Positions 30,895-39,110 of a stretch of DNA of 39,110 nt are shown here, in pieces. Origin of the DNA: Solirubrobacteraceae bacterium. Lineage in GTDB: Bacteria; Actinomycetota; Thermoleophilia; Solirubrobacterales; Solirubrobacteraceae. Positions within the stretch are counted from its first letter, which is position 1, and each line of letters starts with the position of its first letter. The position numbers and the translations under genes were made by a program. The notes under the pieces were generated by a model. It was not told the DNA's origin. It saw only the letters and a program-made list of their open reading frames with translations, and made no database searches. The DNA lies in contig DASXCN010000197.1 in assembly GCA_036491155.1 (NCBI GenBank), positions 1-39,110 of the forward strand. The letters are read 5' to 3'.

Positions 30895-32277
30895 GTGAGA
30901 CGGATCGCCCTCATCGCGCTTGGACTCGTCGTGGTGGCCATCGCCGTGGCGATCATTCGCGGGCCCTCGAGTTCGTCGTCGGGCAACGGCCCGTATCTCG
31001 TGCGCGCCGTCTTCGATGACGCCTCCTTCGCCGCCCAGGGCGAGGACGTGCGCATCGCCGGCGCCAACGTGGGCAGCATCCACTCCCTGGGCGTGACCTC
31101 GGGCAAGAAGGCCGCGGTGACGATTGCCATCACCGACCACCGCTTCGCGCCCTTCCACGATGACGCCACCTGCGCGATCCGGCCGCAGTCGCTGATCGGC
31201 GAGGAGTACGTCGACTGCCGCCCGGGCACCGCCGGCGCCGCCGCTCTGCCGAAGATCCCGTCGGGCCCGGGCCACGGCACCTACTACCTGCCGGTGACCC
31301 GGACCAGCTCGCCGATCGACTCCGACATCGTCCAGGACATCTCCACCGAGCCGGTGCGCCAGTCGCTCGCGGTGATCATCAACGAGTTCGGGACCGGCCT
31401 GGCCGCGCGCGGGTCAGACCTCAATGCCGTCATCCATCGCGCCAATCCCGCCCTGGGCAACACCGACAAGGTGCTCAAGATCCTCGCCGGGCAGAACCAC
31501 ACGCTGGCTCAGCTGGCCACGGACTCCGACAAGGTGCTGGGGCCGCTGGCCCGTGAGCGTAGGCACATCTCGGGCTTCGTCACCCAGGCCAACACCACCG
31601 CGGTGGCCTCAGCCGCTCGCGCCCAGGCGATCTCTGAGACCTTCCAGAAGTTCCCCACCTACCTGGCGCAGCTGCGCCCGCTGATGGCTGACCTGGGCAC
31701 GCTGGCCGACCAGGGCACGCCGTTGATGACCAGCCTGGGGCAGAGCGCGGCCGCGCTGGGCCAGCAGTTCGCCAACCTCACCCCCTTTGCCGCCGCGGCG
31801 CGCACGTCCCTGATCAACCTCGGTGCCGCCGCCCAGACCTCCCAGCCCTCGCTGCTGGCCACCCAGCCGCTGGCCAACCGCCTCAAGACGCTGGGCGACG
31901 TCGGCCAGCCCACCGCTCAGAACCTCCAGACGCTCCTGCAGAGCCTGGACAGCACCGGTGGGATCGAGGAGCTCATGAAGCTCCTGTTCAACGGTTCGAT
32001 CGCCGGCAACGGCTTCAACAGCCTCAGCCACTACGTCCGCGCCGAGGCGCTGACGTCCAGCTGCACCAACTACGCCACGAGCCCCGTGCCGGGGTGCGCG
32101 TCGACGTTCGCCGCCACCACCGCCACCAGCGCCTTGGCGTCGAGCGCGGATCGCCGTGTGTCGTCGAGCCATCCCGACCGGGTGGTGGCCAAGGCCGTGC
32201 AGTCGGCGTCTGAGCAGACCGGGGTGCGGGCGTCGATGCAGGGACTGCTCTCCTTCCTGACGGGGAGCGGCCAGTGA
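30895..32277 (+). CDS. Mce/MlaD family protein 2 of 6
   Basis: TM, VRAVFDDA..GEDVRIAGANVGSI, IRPQSLIGEEYVDC.PG and a helical region. Confidence 0.9.
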   Translation: MRRIALIALGLVVVAIAVAIIRGPSSSSSGNGPYLVRAVFDDASFAAQGEDVRIAGANVGSIHSLGVTSGKKAAVTIAITDHRFAPFHDDATCAIRPQSLIGEEYVDCRPGTAGAAALPKIPSGPGHGTYYLPVTRTSSPIDSDIVQDISTEPVRQSLAVIINEFGTGLAARGSDLNAVIHRANPALGNTDKVLKILAGQNHTLAQLATDSDKVLGPLARERRHISGFVTQANTTAVASAARAQAISETFQKFPTYLAQLRPLMADLGTLADQGTPLMTSLGQSAAALGQQFANLTPFAAAARTSLINLGAAAQTSQPSLLATQPLANRLKTLGDVGQPTAQNLQTLLQSLDSTGGIEELMKLLFNGSIAGNGFNSLSHYVRAEALTSSCTNYATSPVPGCASTFAATTATSALASSADRRVSSSHPDRVVAKAVQSASEQTGVRASMQGLLSFLTGSGQ

Positions 32278-33698
32278 GGTCCCGGGGCCGTCGCGATCCC
32301 GGCTTGGCCGGCAACCCGGTGCTGATCGGCGCGCTCACTGTGCTGGTGACGATCGTCGCCGTCTACCTGGCCTACAACGCGAGCAACGGCCTGCCGTTCG
32401 TGCCCACCTACACCCTGCACATCCAGGCCGCCAACGCCTCAGAGCTCACCCATGGCGACAACGTCAACATGGGCGGCGCGCTGGTGGGCATCGTCTCGAC
32501 GGTGAAGCCCACGCGGCTCCCGAACGGCCGGCCGATCGCGACGATCAACGTCCAGCTGCAGAAGAGCATCGAGCCGCTGCCGCTGGACTCGAGATTCACC
32601 ATCCGCCTCAAGGGTGCGATCGGCCTGAAGTACCTCGCCATCACGCTCGGCCACTCCCGCCGCGGCTACGGCAACAAGGCCGTGGTTCCGATGCGGCAGG
32701 TGGGCACCGAGGTGGACTTCGACCAGGTGCTGTCGATGTTCACCCCGGCGACGCGCCTGGGCGTCCGGCAAACCACCATCGGCTTCGGCCAGGCGCTGGC
32801 CGGCCGGGGCTATGACATCAACAACGCGATCGGGGCGTTCGGGCCGCTGCTGCGCGATCTGCAGCCGGTGGCCGCCAACCTCGCGTCGCCGAACACCAAC
32901 CTCGCAGGGTTCTTCCGCAGCCTGGAGAACTACACCGGCGCGCTGGTCCCGGTGGCCGAGACTCAGGGGCAGCTCTTCGCCAATCTCGACACCACATTCC
33001 GGGCCCTGGCGGGCGTCGCGGTGCCGTCGCTGCAACAGACGATCTCCGAGACGCCGCCGATGTTCGACGCCACCATCAACAACGCGCCGGTGATCCGGCC
33101 GTTCTTGACCGACACCGCCGCGCTGTTCTCCGAGCTGCGGCCGGGCGTGGCCACGCTGCCCCAGAGCGCCCCCGTCCTCTCCAGCGCCTTTGCCATCGGC
33201 ACGCGCAATCTGCCGGGCACCGCCGCACTCGACAAGCGCACGGTCACGCTGTCGCAGAACACCGCCAGCTACGCCCAGAACCCGTCGGTCCAGCAGGGGC
33301 TCGACCGCCTCAATCTCACGCTGACGACGCTGGGGCCGCCCCTGGCCTTCCTCACCCCGGTGCAGTCCACGTGCAACTACGTGACGCTGTTCTTGCGCAA
33401 CTCGGAGAGCACGCTGTCTGAGCACGTGAGCCAAGGCTCGTTGCTGCGCTTCGTGCAGATTGCCATCGACGACGTCCCCGGCTATGAGTCCGAGCCCTCG
33501 AGCTCGCCCTTCACCGGCACCTCGATCGGCCAGGCGTCAGGCCCGCTGCACGTCAACCCGTACCCCAACACGGCGTCGCCCGGCCAGACCCGCGAGTGCT
33601 CGGCGGGCAACGAGCCCTACCCGCAGAAGGCCGTGATCGGCAACCCCGCGGGCAACGTGGGAATCAAGACCGAGAAGACGACGCGGAGCGGCTCATGA
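32274..33698 (+). CDS. Mce/MlaD family protein 3 of 6
   Basis: TM, GLPFVPTY, NASELTHGDNV.MGG..VG.V and IGLKYLAI. GTGA overlap. Confidence 0.9.
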   Translation: MRSRGRRDPGLAGNPVLIGALTVLVTIVAVYLAYNASNGLPFVPTYTLHIQAANASELTHGDNVNMGGALVGIVSTVKPTRLPNGRPIATINVQLQKSIEPLPLDSRFTIRLKGAIGLKYLAITLGHSRRGYGNKAVVPMRQVGTEVDFDQVLSMFTPATRLGVRQTTIGFGQALAGRGYDINNAIGAFGPLLRDLQPVAANLASPNTNLAGFFRSLENYTGALVPVAETQGQLFANLDTTFRALAGVAVPSLQQTISETPPMFDATINNAPVIRPFLTDTAALFSELRPGVATLPQSAPVLSSAFAIGTRNLPGTAALDKRTVTLSQNTASYAQNPSVQQGLDRLNLTLTTLGPPLAFLTPVQSTCNYVTLFLRNSESTLSEHVSQGSLLRFVQIAIDDVPGYESEPSSSPFTGTSIGQASGPLHVNPYPNTASPGQTRECSAGNEPYPQKAVIGNPAGNVGIKTEKTTRSGS

Positions 33699-35137
33699 GG
33701 CGCCATCAGTCCCGGATGGGCAACTTCGCGGCCGGCGCAATCGCCACCGTCGTGATCCTGGCCGTCTGCTACCTGGTCTTCGGGGGCAGCGTGCCCTTCA
33801 GCAGCGCCCCGTACACGCTGAAGGCCACCTTCACCGTCGAGACCCAGCTGCACCTGGGCTCGCCGGTGCGCATCGCCGGCGTCAATGTCGGGAGCGTCAC
33901 CGCGGTGCGACGCGTGGGCGGCAGCTCCAGCGCGGCGGTGGCGACGATGTCAATCCAGGGCAGCGGTCTGCCCATCCATGCCGACGCCACCGCCGACATC
34001 CGCCCGCGGCTGTTCCTGGAGGGCAACTTCTACGTCGACCTGCATCCGGGGACGCCGACCGCCCCTGTCGTCTCCTCGGGCTCGACGCTGCCCGCTTCGC
34101 AGACCACGGGCCCGGTGCAGCTGGACCGCGTCCTCTCATCGCTGCAGACCAACAGCCGCGCCGACCTGCAGACCCTGCTCCGAGGCCTCGGCCGGTCGTT
34201 CAACGGCAAGCCGACCGCGGCCGAAGACGCGACCCAGGACCCGAGCGTCCAGGGGCTGACCGCCGGTGAGGCGCTCAATCGCTCGCTCAAATACGCCGCG
34301 ACGGCGTTCAAAGCCTCGACGATCGTCAACGCCGCGCTGCTGGGCTCGCAGCCCCACGATCTGTCGGGCGCCGTGGCGGGCAGCGCGCACACCTTCGCCG
34401 CGCTGGCTTCGACGCAGAACCGACTGGAAGATCTCGTCACGACGTTCAACGCCACCATGGGAGCGCTGGCCGCCCGCCAGGACGACCTCTCGAGCACGAT
34501 CGCGCTCCTGCCCCCGTTTCTGCGCGCCGCCGACAGCGCACTCGGGCCCCTGCAGGCTTCCTTCGGCCCCACCGAGAGGTTCGCCGAGGCCCTCACCCCC
34601 AGCGTCAAGCAGACGGCGCCCACCATCACGGCGGGACTGCCGTGGCTGGCCCAGTCCGCCGCGCTGCTCTCGCCCCAGGAGCTCGGCGGCCTGCTCAAGT
34701 TCCTGACCCCGGCGGTTCAGGGGACCTCGAGCACGCTGGTCTCGTCCAAGGCGCTGCTCAACAACTCCAACACGCTGGCCAAGTGCTTCGTGCACACGGT
34801 CATCCCCACCGGCAACGAGCGGATCTCCGACCCGCCTCTGACGACCGGCCTGCAGGACTACCAGGAGCTGTTCCAGTCCGGGGTGGGCCTGGCCGGCTTC
34901 AGCCAGAATTTCGACGGCAACGGCCGCTACGTGCGTTCGGCGGCCGGCGGCGGCTCTGACCAGGTGGCCACCGCCTCCCTGCCCGGCGGCGGCCCGCTGT
35001 ACGGCAACGCCGTGCTCCCCTCGCTGGGCACGCGTCCCGCCAACCCCGGCAAGCAGCCGCCGCTTGACCGCAGTGTCCCGTGCTTCAAGAACGCGCCCCC
35101 AAATCTGAACGCCGCCAAGACCGGAGCCGCGCCGTGA
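33695..35137 (+). CDS. Mce/MlaD family protein 4 of 6
   Basis: ATG 33695 (ATGA overlap). GSPVRIAGVNVGSV, IRPRLFLEGNFYVDLHPG and FDGNGRYVR. Confidence 0.9.
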   Translation: MRRHQSRMGNFAAGAIATVVILAVCYLVFGGSVPFSSAPYTLKATFTVETQLHLGSPVRIAGVNVGSVTAVRRVGGSSSAAVATMSIQGSGLPIHADATADIRPRLFLEGNFYVDLHPGTPTAPVVSSGSTLPASQTTGPVQLDRVLSSLQTNSRADLQTLLRGLGRSFNGKPTAAEDATQDPSVQGLTAGEALNRSLKYAATAFKASTIVNAALLGSQPHDLSGAVAGSAHTFAALASTQNRLEDLVTTFNATMGALAARQDDLSSTIALLPPFLRAADSALGPLQASFGPTERFAEALTPSVKQTAPTITAGLPWLAQSAALLSPQELGGLLKFLTPAVQGTSSTLVSSKALLNNSNTLAKCFVHTVIPTGNERISDPPLTTGLQDYQELFQSGVGLAGFSQNFDGNGRYVRSAAGGGSDQVATASLPGGGPLYGNAVLPSLGTRPANPGKQPPLDRSVPCFKNAPPNLNAAKTGAAP

Positions 35138-36522
35138 GACGTGCCATCCGGACTCACCGCGTCGACTTCGCCGCCATGGCGGTGCTGGTGGTGGCCGCCA
35201 TCGCCGTGAGCGCCTACATCCTGGAGCACCAGCCCTCGTTCGTGTTCGGCCAGACCTACTACACGGTGCGCGCGCCGTTCGCCACGGCCGCCGCGGTGAC
35301 CTCGGGCCAGGGCCAGGCGGTGACGATCGCCGGGGTGCAGGTCGGCCAGGTGGGAGGCGTCTCGCTGCATGACGGGCAGGCGATCGTGACGATGAACATC
35401 TACAAGCAGTACGCGCCGATCTACCGCGACGCCACCGTGCTGCTGCGCCCGCGCACGCCGCTGAAGGACATGTACCTCGAGCTCGATCCGGGGACGCGCA
35501 GTGCCGGTCGGATCGCCAACGGCGGGACGCTGTCGGCCGCCAACACCCAACCCGACGTCGACCTCTCGGAGATCCTCTCCTCGCTGGACTCCGACACCCG
35601 CAACTACCTGGTCCTGCTGCTGTCGGCCGGGGCCCAGGCTTTCCATGACCCCGGAGCGAAGGGGATCCCGCCGAGCCCCGACGCGGTGGCCGACCTGCGG
35701 GGCACGCTCAAGCGCTTTGAGCCGCTGGACCGCGACACCAAGCGCTTCGCCGCCCTGCTGGCCACCCGCCAGGCCAGCATCCGCAAGGCCATCCACAACC
35801 TCAACCTCGTCACCAACGCGTTCGGTGGGGTGGAGGGCCAGCTGGCGTCGCTCATCCGCGCCTCGGACACCAACTTCTCAGCGATCGCCGCCAACGACAC
35901 TCAGCTCGAGCAGACGCTCACCGAGTTCCCGCCGACGCTGCAGCAGAGCATCACGACGCTGAACAAGGTCCGCGGCTTCGCCACCGCCAGCACCACGACG
36001 CTCCAGCAGCTCCTGCCGTTCGCGCGCAATCTGGGGCCGGCGCTGAAGGCGTCGCGGCCGCTGTTCCAGGACACCACGCCGGTGATCGCCCACCAGCTGC
36101 GACCGTTCAGCGTGGCCGTGCAGCCGCTGGCCAAGACGCTGGCGGCGGGCGCCCCCAAGGTCGAGGCGACCATCCCGGCGCTGTCGAACTCGATCTCGGT
36201 GCTCAACACGCTGTTCAACGAGCTGGCGCACCAGCCGGAATCGGACCCCGCCCACCCCCAGCAGAGCTATCTCTTCTGGGGCGCGTGGCTGGGCCACATC
36301 GCCGACAGCCTGGTCAGCACCCAGGACGCCAACGGCTCGGTGCTGCAGGGCATCTTCATGAATACCTGCGCCGGCCTCAACTTCTATGAGAACCAGCTGG
36401 AACCGAGCAGCGAGCCGCTGGGCGTGATCCTCGACCTCCTCAACCCGCCCGACGTGTCCAAGCTCCCCGGCGTCACCCCCAGCGTCATTCCCGGACAGGT
36501 GAACTGTCCCACGTCGCCATGA
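35134..36522 (+). CDS. Mce/MlaD family protein 5 of 6
   Basis: GTG 35134 (GTGA overlap). GQAVTIAGVQVGQV, LRPRTPLKDMYLELDPG and QDANGS. Confidence 0.9.
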   Translation: MRRAIRTHRVDFAAMAVLVVAAIAVSAYILEHQPSFVFGQTYYTVRAPFATAAAVTSGQGQAVTIAGVQVGQVGGVSLHDGQAIVTMNIYKQYAPIYRDATVLLRPRTPLKDMYLELDPGTRSAGRIANGGTLSAANTQPDVDLSEILSSLDSDTRNYLVLLLSAGAQAFHDPGAKGIPPSPDAVADLRGTLKRFEPLDRDTKRFAALLATRQASIRKAIHNLNLVTNAFGGVEGQLASLIRASDTNFSAIAANDTQLEQTLTEFPPTLQQSITTLNKVRGFATASTTTLQQLLPFARNLGPALKASRPLFQDTTPVIAHQLRPFSVAVQPLAKTLAAGAPKVEATIPALSNSISVLNTLFNELAHQPESDPAHPQQSYLFWGAWLGHIADSLVSTQDANGSVLQGIFMNTCAGLNFYENQLEPSSEPLGVILDLLNPPDVSKLPGVTPSVIPGQVNCPTSP

Positions 36523-38021
36523 ACAAGCAGCGGCCCTCGAACTTCGCGATGCTCACGATGGTCGCCTTCACGGCGTCCTGCATCGGCCTGCTCATCTTCC
36601 TGTGGATCTCCTTCGGCGGATCGATCCCGCTGGCTTCGCAGGGCTATCGCTTCAACGTCGAGTTCGACGAGGCCGTCGAGCTTGCCTCGCAGGCGTCGGT
36701 GCAGATCTCCGGGGTGACCGTGGGCCATGTGGTGAGCGTCAAGCTCGACCACCAGACGGGCCTGTCGCACGCAGTGATCGAGATCAACAAGCAGTACGCG
36801 CCGCGACCCGCCGATACCAAGGCGATCCTGCGCCAGAAGACGCTGCTGGGCGAGACCTACGTCGAGCTCTCGCCCGGCACCCCCGGCTCACGGACCCTGG
36901 CCGACGGGGGGAGCCTCCCGCAGGCCCAGGTCGCCCCGACGGTCGAGCTCGATCAGATCTTCTCCGCCTTCGATCCCAAGACGCGTCAGGCATTCGAGAC
37001 CTGGATGCAGCAGGGAGGCATCGCGCTGACCGGCCGCGGTGAGCAGTTCAACCAGGCCTTCGCCCAGCTCTATCCCTTCGCCACCAACGTCGACTCGGTG
37101 CTGGAGGTGCTCAACCGCCAGAGCGCCGCGACGACGACGCTGCTGCGCGACGGCGCCCAGGTGTTCGCGGCATTGAGCAGCTCGCCGGCGGCGCTGCAGG
37201 GGTTCGTACGCAACTCCAACGGCCTGTTCGCCGCCACGGCGGCGCGCGACCAGGACCTGGCCAACACGATCAGGGCCTTCCCGGCGTTCCTCACCGAGGC
37301 CCGTTCGGCCGTCAACCGGCTCGGGACGTTCTCTCAGACGACCAAGCCGCTCATCGACGAGTTGCGACCCGCCGCCGTGCAGCTGACACCGGCACTGCAG
37401 CGCCTGGTCGTCCTGGCGCCGGAGCTGCGCGATCTGATGGTCGTGATCGCTCCGCTGACCAACGCGTCCAAGGCCGGGTTCCCAGCGCTCACCACCTTCC
37501 TGGACGACACCGTCCCCTTCCTGGTGCGGCTCAAGCCGTACCTCGGCCAACTGGTCCCGGTGATCCAGTACATCGAGTCCTACCGCAAGGAGATCGCCGG
37601 GTTCTTCGCCAACAGCACGGCGACCGAGCAGGGCCAGTTCGCGTCCGCCAACGGCGGCCGCGCACACTACGTCCGGATCTCGAATCCCATCAACCCCGAA
37701 GTGCTCACCGGCTATCCGGTCCGGCCAGACAGCAACCGCTCCAACGCGTACATGGCACCGGGTGGCTACACCCAGCTGCTCAAGGGCCTGAGCGTGTTCG
37801 GAGGCTACCTCTGCACCGCGCACCCGCTGCCGACGATAGGCTCATCGCTGTCGCAGACCACAACTACCGTCACCGGGACGGTGTTAACGCTGGCGCAACT
37901 CGTTGCGAAGTACTACTACACGTCCCAGCCCGGTGGCCCTCCGTGCAAGGCTCAGGCCCCGCTCGGGAGCTCGACCACCGGGCAGAACCAGACCTTCCCC
38001 CAACTTCAACCGCTTCCGTGA
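36519..38021 (+). CDS. Mce/MlaD family protein 6 of 6
   Basis: ATGA overlap. TM, ASVQISGVTVGHV, LRQKTLLGETYVELSPG and RAHYVR. Confidence 0.9.
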   Translation: MNKQRPSNFAMLTMVAFTASCIGLLIFLWISFGGSIPLASQGYRFNVEFDEAVELASQASVQISGVTVGHVVSVKLDHQTGLSHAVIEINKQYAPRPADTKAILRQKTLLGETYVELSPGTPGSRTLADGGSLPQAQVAPTVELDQIFSAFDPKTRQAFETWMQQGGIALTGRGEQFNQAFAQLYPFATNVDSVLEVLNRQSAATTTLLRDGAQVFAALSSSPAALQGFVRNSNGLFAATAARDQDLANTIRAFPAFLTEARSAVNRLGTFSQTTKPLIDELRPAAVQLTPALQRLVVLAPELRDLMVVIAPLTNASKAGFPALTTFLDDTVPFLVRLKPYLGQLVPVIQYIESYRKEIAGFFANSTATEQGQFASANGGRAHYVRISNPINPEVLTGYPVRPDSNRSNAYMAPGGYTQLLKGLSVFGGYLCTAHPLPTIGSSLSQTTTTVTGTVLTLAQLVAKYYYTSQPGGPPCKAQAPLGSSTTGQNQTFPQLQPLP

Positions 38022-38082
38022 GCCCTGACACAGACCGGCGCGGGCGCACGCTGAAGACCAACGATCCACTAGGAGGAGTCAG

Positions 38083-38883
38083 TTGAAGAAAGTCGTTCTG
38101 ATCGCCGCCGCCTTTGGCGTGCTGGCAATCGCCGGGGTGGCCTACGCCGCCTCGCTCAACACCTACACGGCGACCTTGAAGTTCTCGAGCAAGTCGGCCG
38201 GCACCGCGGCTAAGCCCGTGCCCGTCAGCTACGCCCAGGACATCGTCGCCAAGGGCACCAACGGCAACCGCACCGCGGTGCTCACCGACATCACCACCAA
38301 GATCTACGGCCTCAAGGCGGACGGGAAGGACTTCCCAACCTGCAGCGCCGCCTCGATCGGGGCCAACGGTGATGACACCAAGTGCCCGAAGGGCGCGATG
38401 GTCGCCAATGGCTTCATCACGGCCGCCGTCGGCTCGGCGACGAACTTCACCGCCGCCTCCCAGCCCTGTGACCCGCTGTTGCACGTCTGGAACGGCGGCC
38501 AGGGCAAGCTGACCTTCTTCTTCGTCGACCAGGCTCCGAATCACCTGTGCCTGAACGGCAACCTGAAGACCGGCCAGGTCGGGCCCTACCCGTCCACCTA
38601 CAAGACCCAGGGCAAGTACCTGGTCGTCGACGTCCCGGTTCCCAAGTACGTGAGCTTCCCCGCTCCCGGCGTGGCCGGCTCGCTGGAGACCGAGCACCTG
38701 AACTGGCTCAAGGTGACCAAGAAGGTCAAGGGCAAGACGGTCGCCGCCAGTTCGTCGGTCGCTTGCACGAAGGGCAAGCGCCCCTACACCACGACGTTCA
38801 CGGCGAACCTGCCGGATTCGTCCGGCAACCCCGGACCCAACGACGTCACGACTCTCAGCGGCTCGGCGCCCTGCAGCAAGTAG
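38083..38883 (+). CDS. Secreted Cys-containing protein of unknown function
   Basis: AGGAGG SD, TTG start and Sec signal (MKKVVLIAAAFGVLAIAGVAYA). Six Cys (FPTC...CPKG..., PC, LC, AC, PCSK). Confidence 0.85.
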   Translation: MKKVVLIAAAFGVLAIAGVAYAASLNTYTATLKFSSKSAGTAAKPVPVSYAQDIVAKGTNGNRTAVLTDITTKIYGLKADGKDFPTCSAASIGANGDDTKCPKGAMVANGFITAAVGSATNFTAASQPCDPLLHVWNGGQGKLTFFFVDQAPNHLCLNGNLKTGQVGPYPSTYKTQGKYLVVDVPVPKYVSFPAPGVAGSLETEHLNWLKVTKKVKGKTVAASSSVACTKGKRPYTTTFTANLPDSSGNPGPNDVTTLSGSAPCSK

Positions 38884-38900
38884 TGATGTGATGCCGCGAT

Positions 38901-38929
38901 CGCGCGGGGGGCCTTCTGCCCTCCGCGCG
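38901..38929. terminator. Stem-loop between convergent genes, probable bidirectional terminator
   Basis: cgcgcggggggc-cttct-gccctccgcgcg forms a 12-bp stem with one G-U pair. Confidence 0.6.
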
Positions 38930-38969
38930 GCCGGTGCTCTCTCCGTGGCCCCGCGGTGCGCGGCGGCCG

Positions 38970-39110
38970 CTACACCACCTCGTAGCGCTCCTCGCGCTGG
39001 GCCTCGCGCTCCTGTTCGCCCAGCATCTTCACGAACACCCACACCAGCGCGATCCCCATCACGATCGACTGCTCGAGCGCCATCAGCAGCCCCGCGATCG
39101 ACTGATCCTC
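38970..39110 (-). CDS. 3' end of a cytochrome c oxidase assembly factor CtaG (Caa3_CtaG)-like membrane protein, partial
   Basis: The reverse strand reads EDQSIAGLLMALEQSIVMGIALVWVFVKMLGEQEREAQREERYEVV*. DQxxAGLxM resembles the CtaG C-terminal motif. Not in the ORF track. Confidence 0.65.
   Translation of the reverse strand, partial: EDQSIAGLLMALEQSIVMGIALVWVFVKMLGEQEREAQREERYEVV

Noticed and set aside
29100-31280. 726-aa ORF on the - strand
   Set aside because: Antisense shadow of Mce genes with clear motifs. Long stop-free antisense frames are expected at this GC content, and it has no recognisable domain.

Overview
High-GC actinobacterial DNA. Gene content and protein families suggest Thermoleophilia/Solirubrobacterales; this is inferred, not verified. 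About 34 genes lie on the + strand, with one convergent partial gene at the right end. In order: (1) 3' part of a Cys-repeat secreted protein; (2) MFS-MerR-MFS operon with a palindromic operator; (3) LysX/MprF-like aminoacyl-phosphatidylglycerol synthase; (4) complete F1Fo ATP synthase operon (atpZ/I-B-E-F-H-A-G-D-C); (5) two paralogous LCP proteins flanking an M20 hydrolase, then UDP-glucose dehydrogenase, an NDP-sugar pyrophosphorylase and PGI/PMI; (6) a short MerR regulator, an intact ahcY and a second ahcY paralog with substituted catalytic residues; (7) ROK kinase; (8) two paralogous Cys-containing secreted proteins; (9) six tandem Mce/MlaD genes with no adjacent permease or ATPase; (10) a third related secreted protein; (11) the 3' end of a CtaG-like gene on the - strand. 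The best novelty candidate is the MerR + AhcY + pseudo-AhcY module, possibly a GlnR/TnrA-like enzyme-coupled SAH sensor. Other candidates are the permease-less Mce hexamer bracketed by one secreted-protein family, and a 12-codon leader ORF that looks like a collapsed copy of the M20 gene. No rRNA, tRNA, CRISPR array or mobile element was seen.
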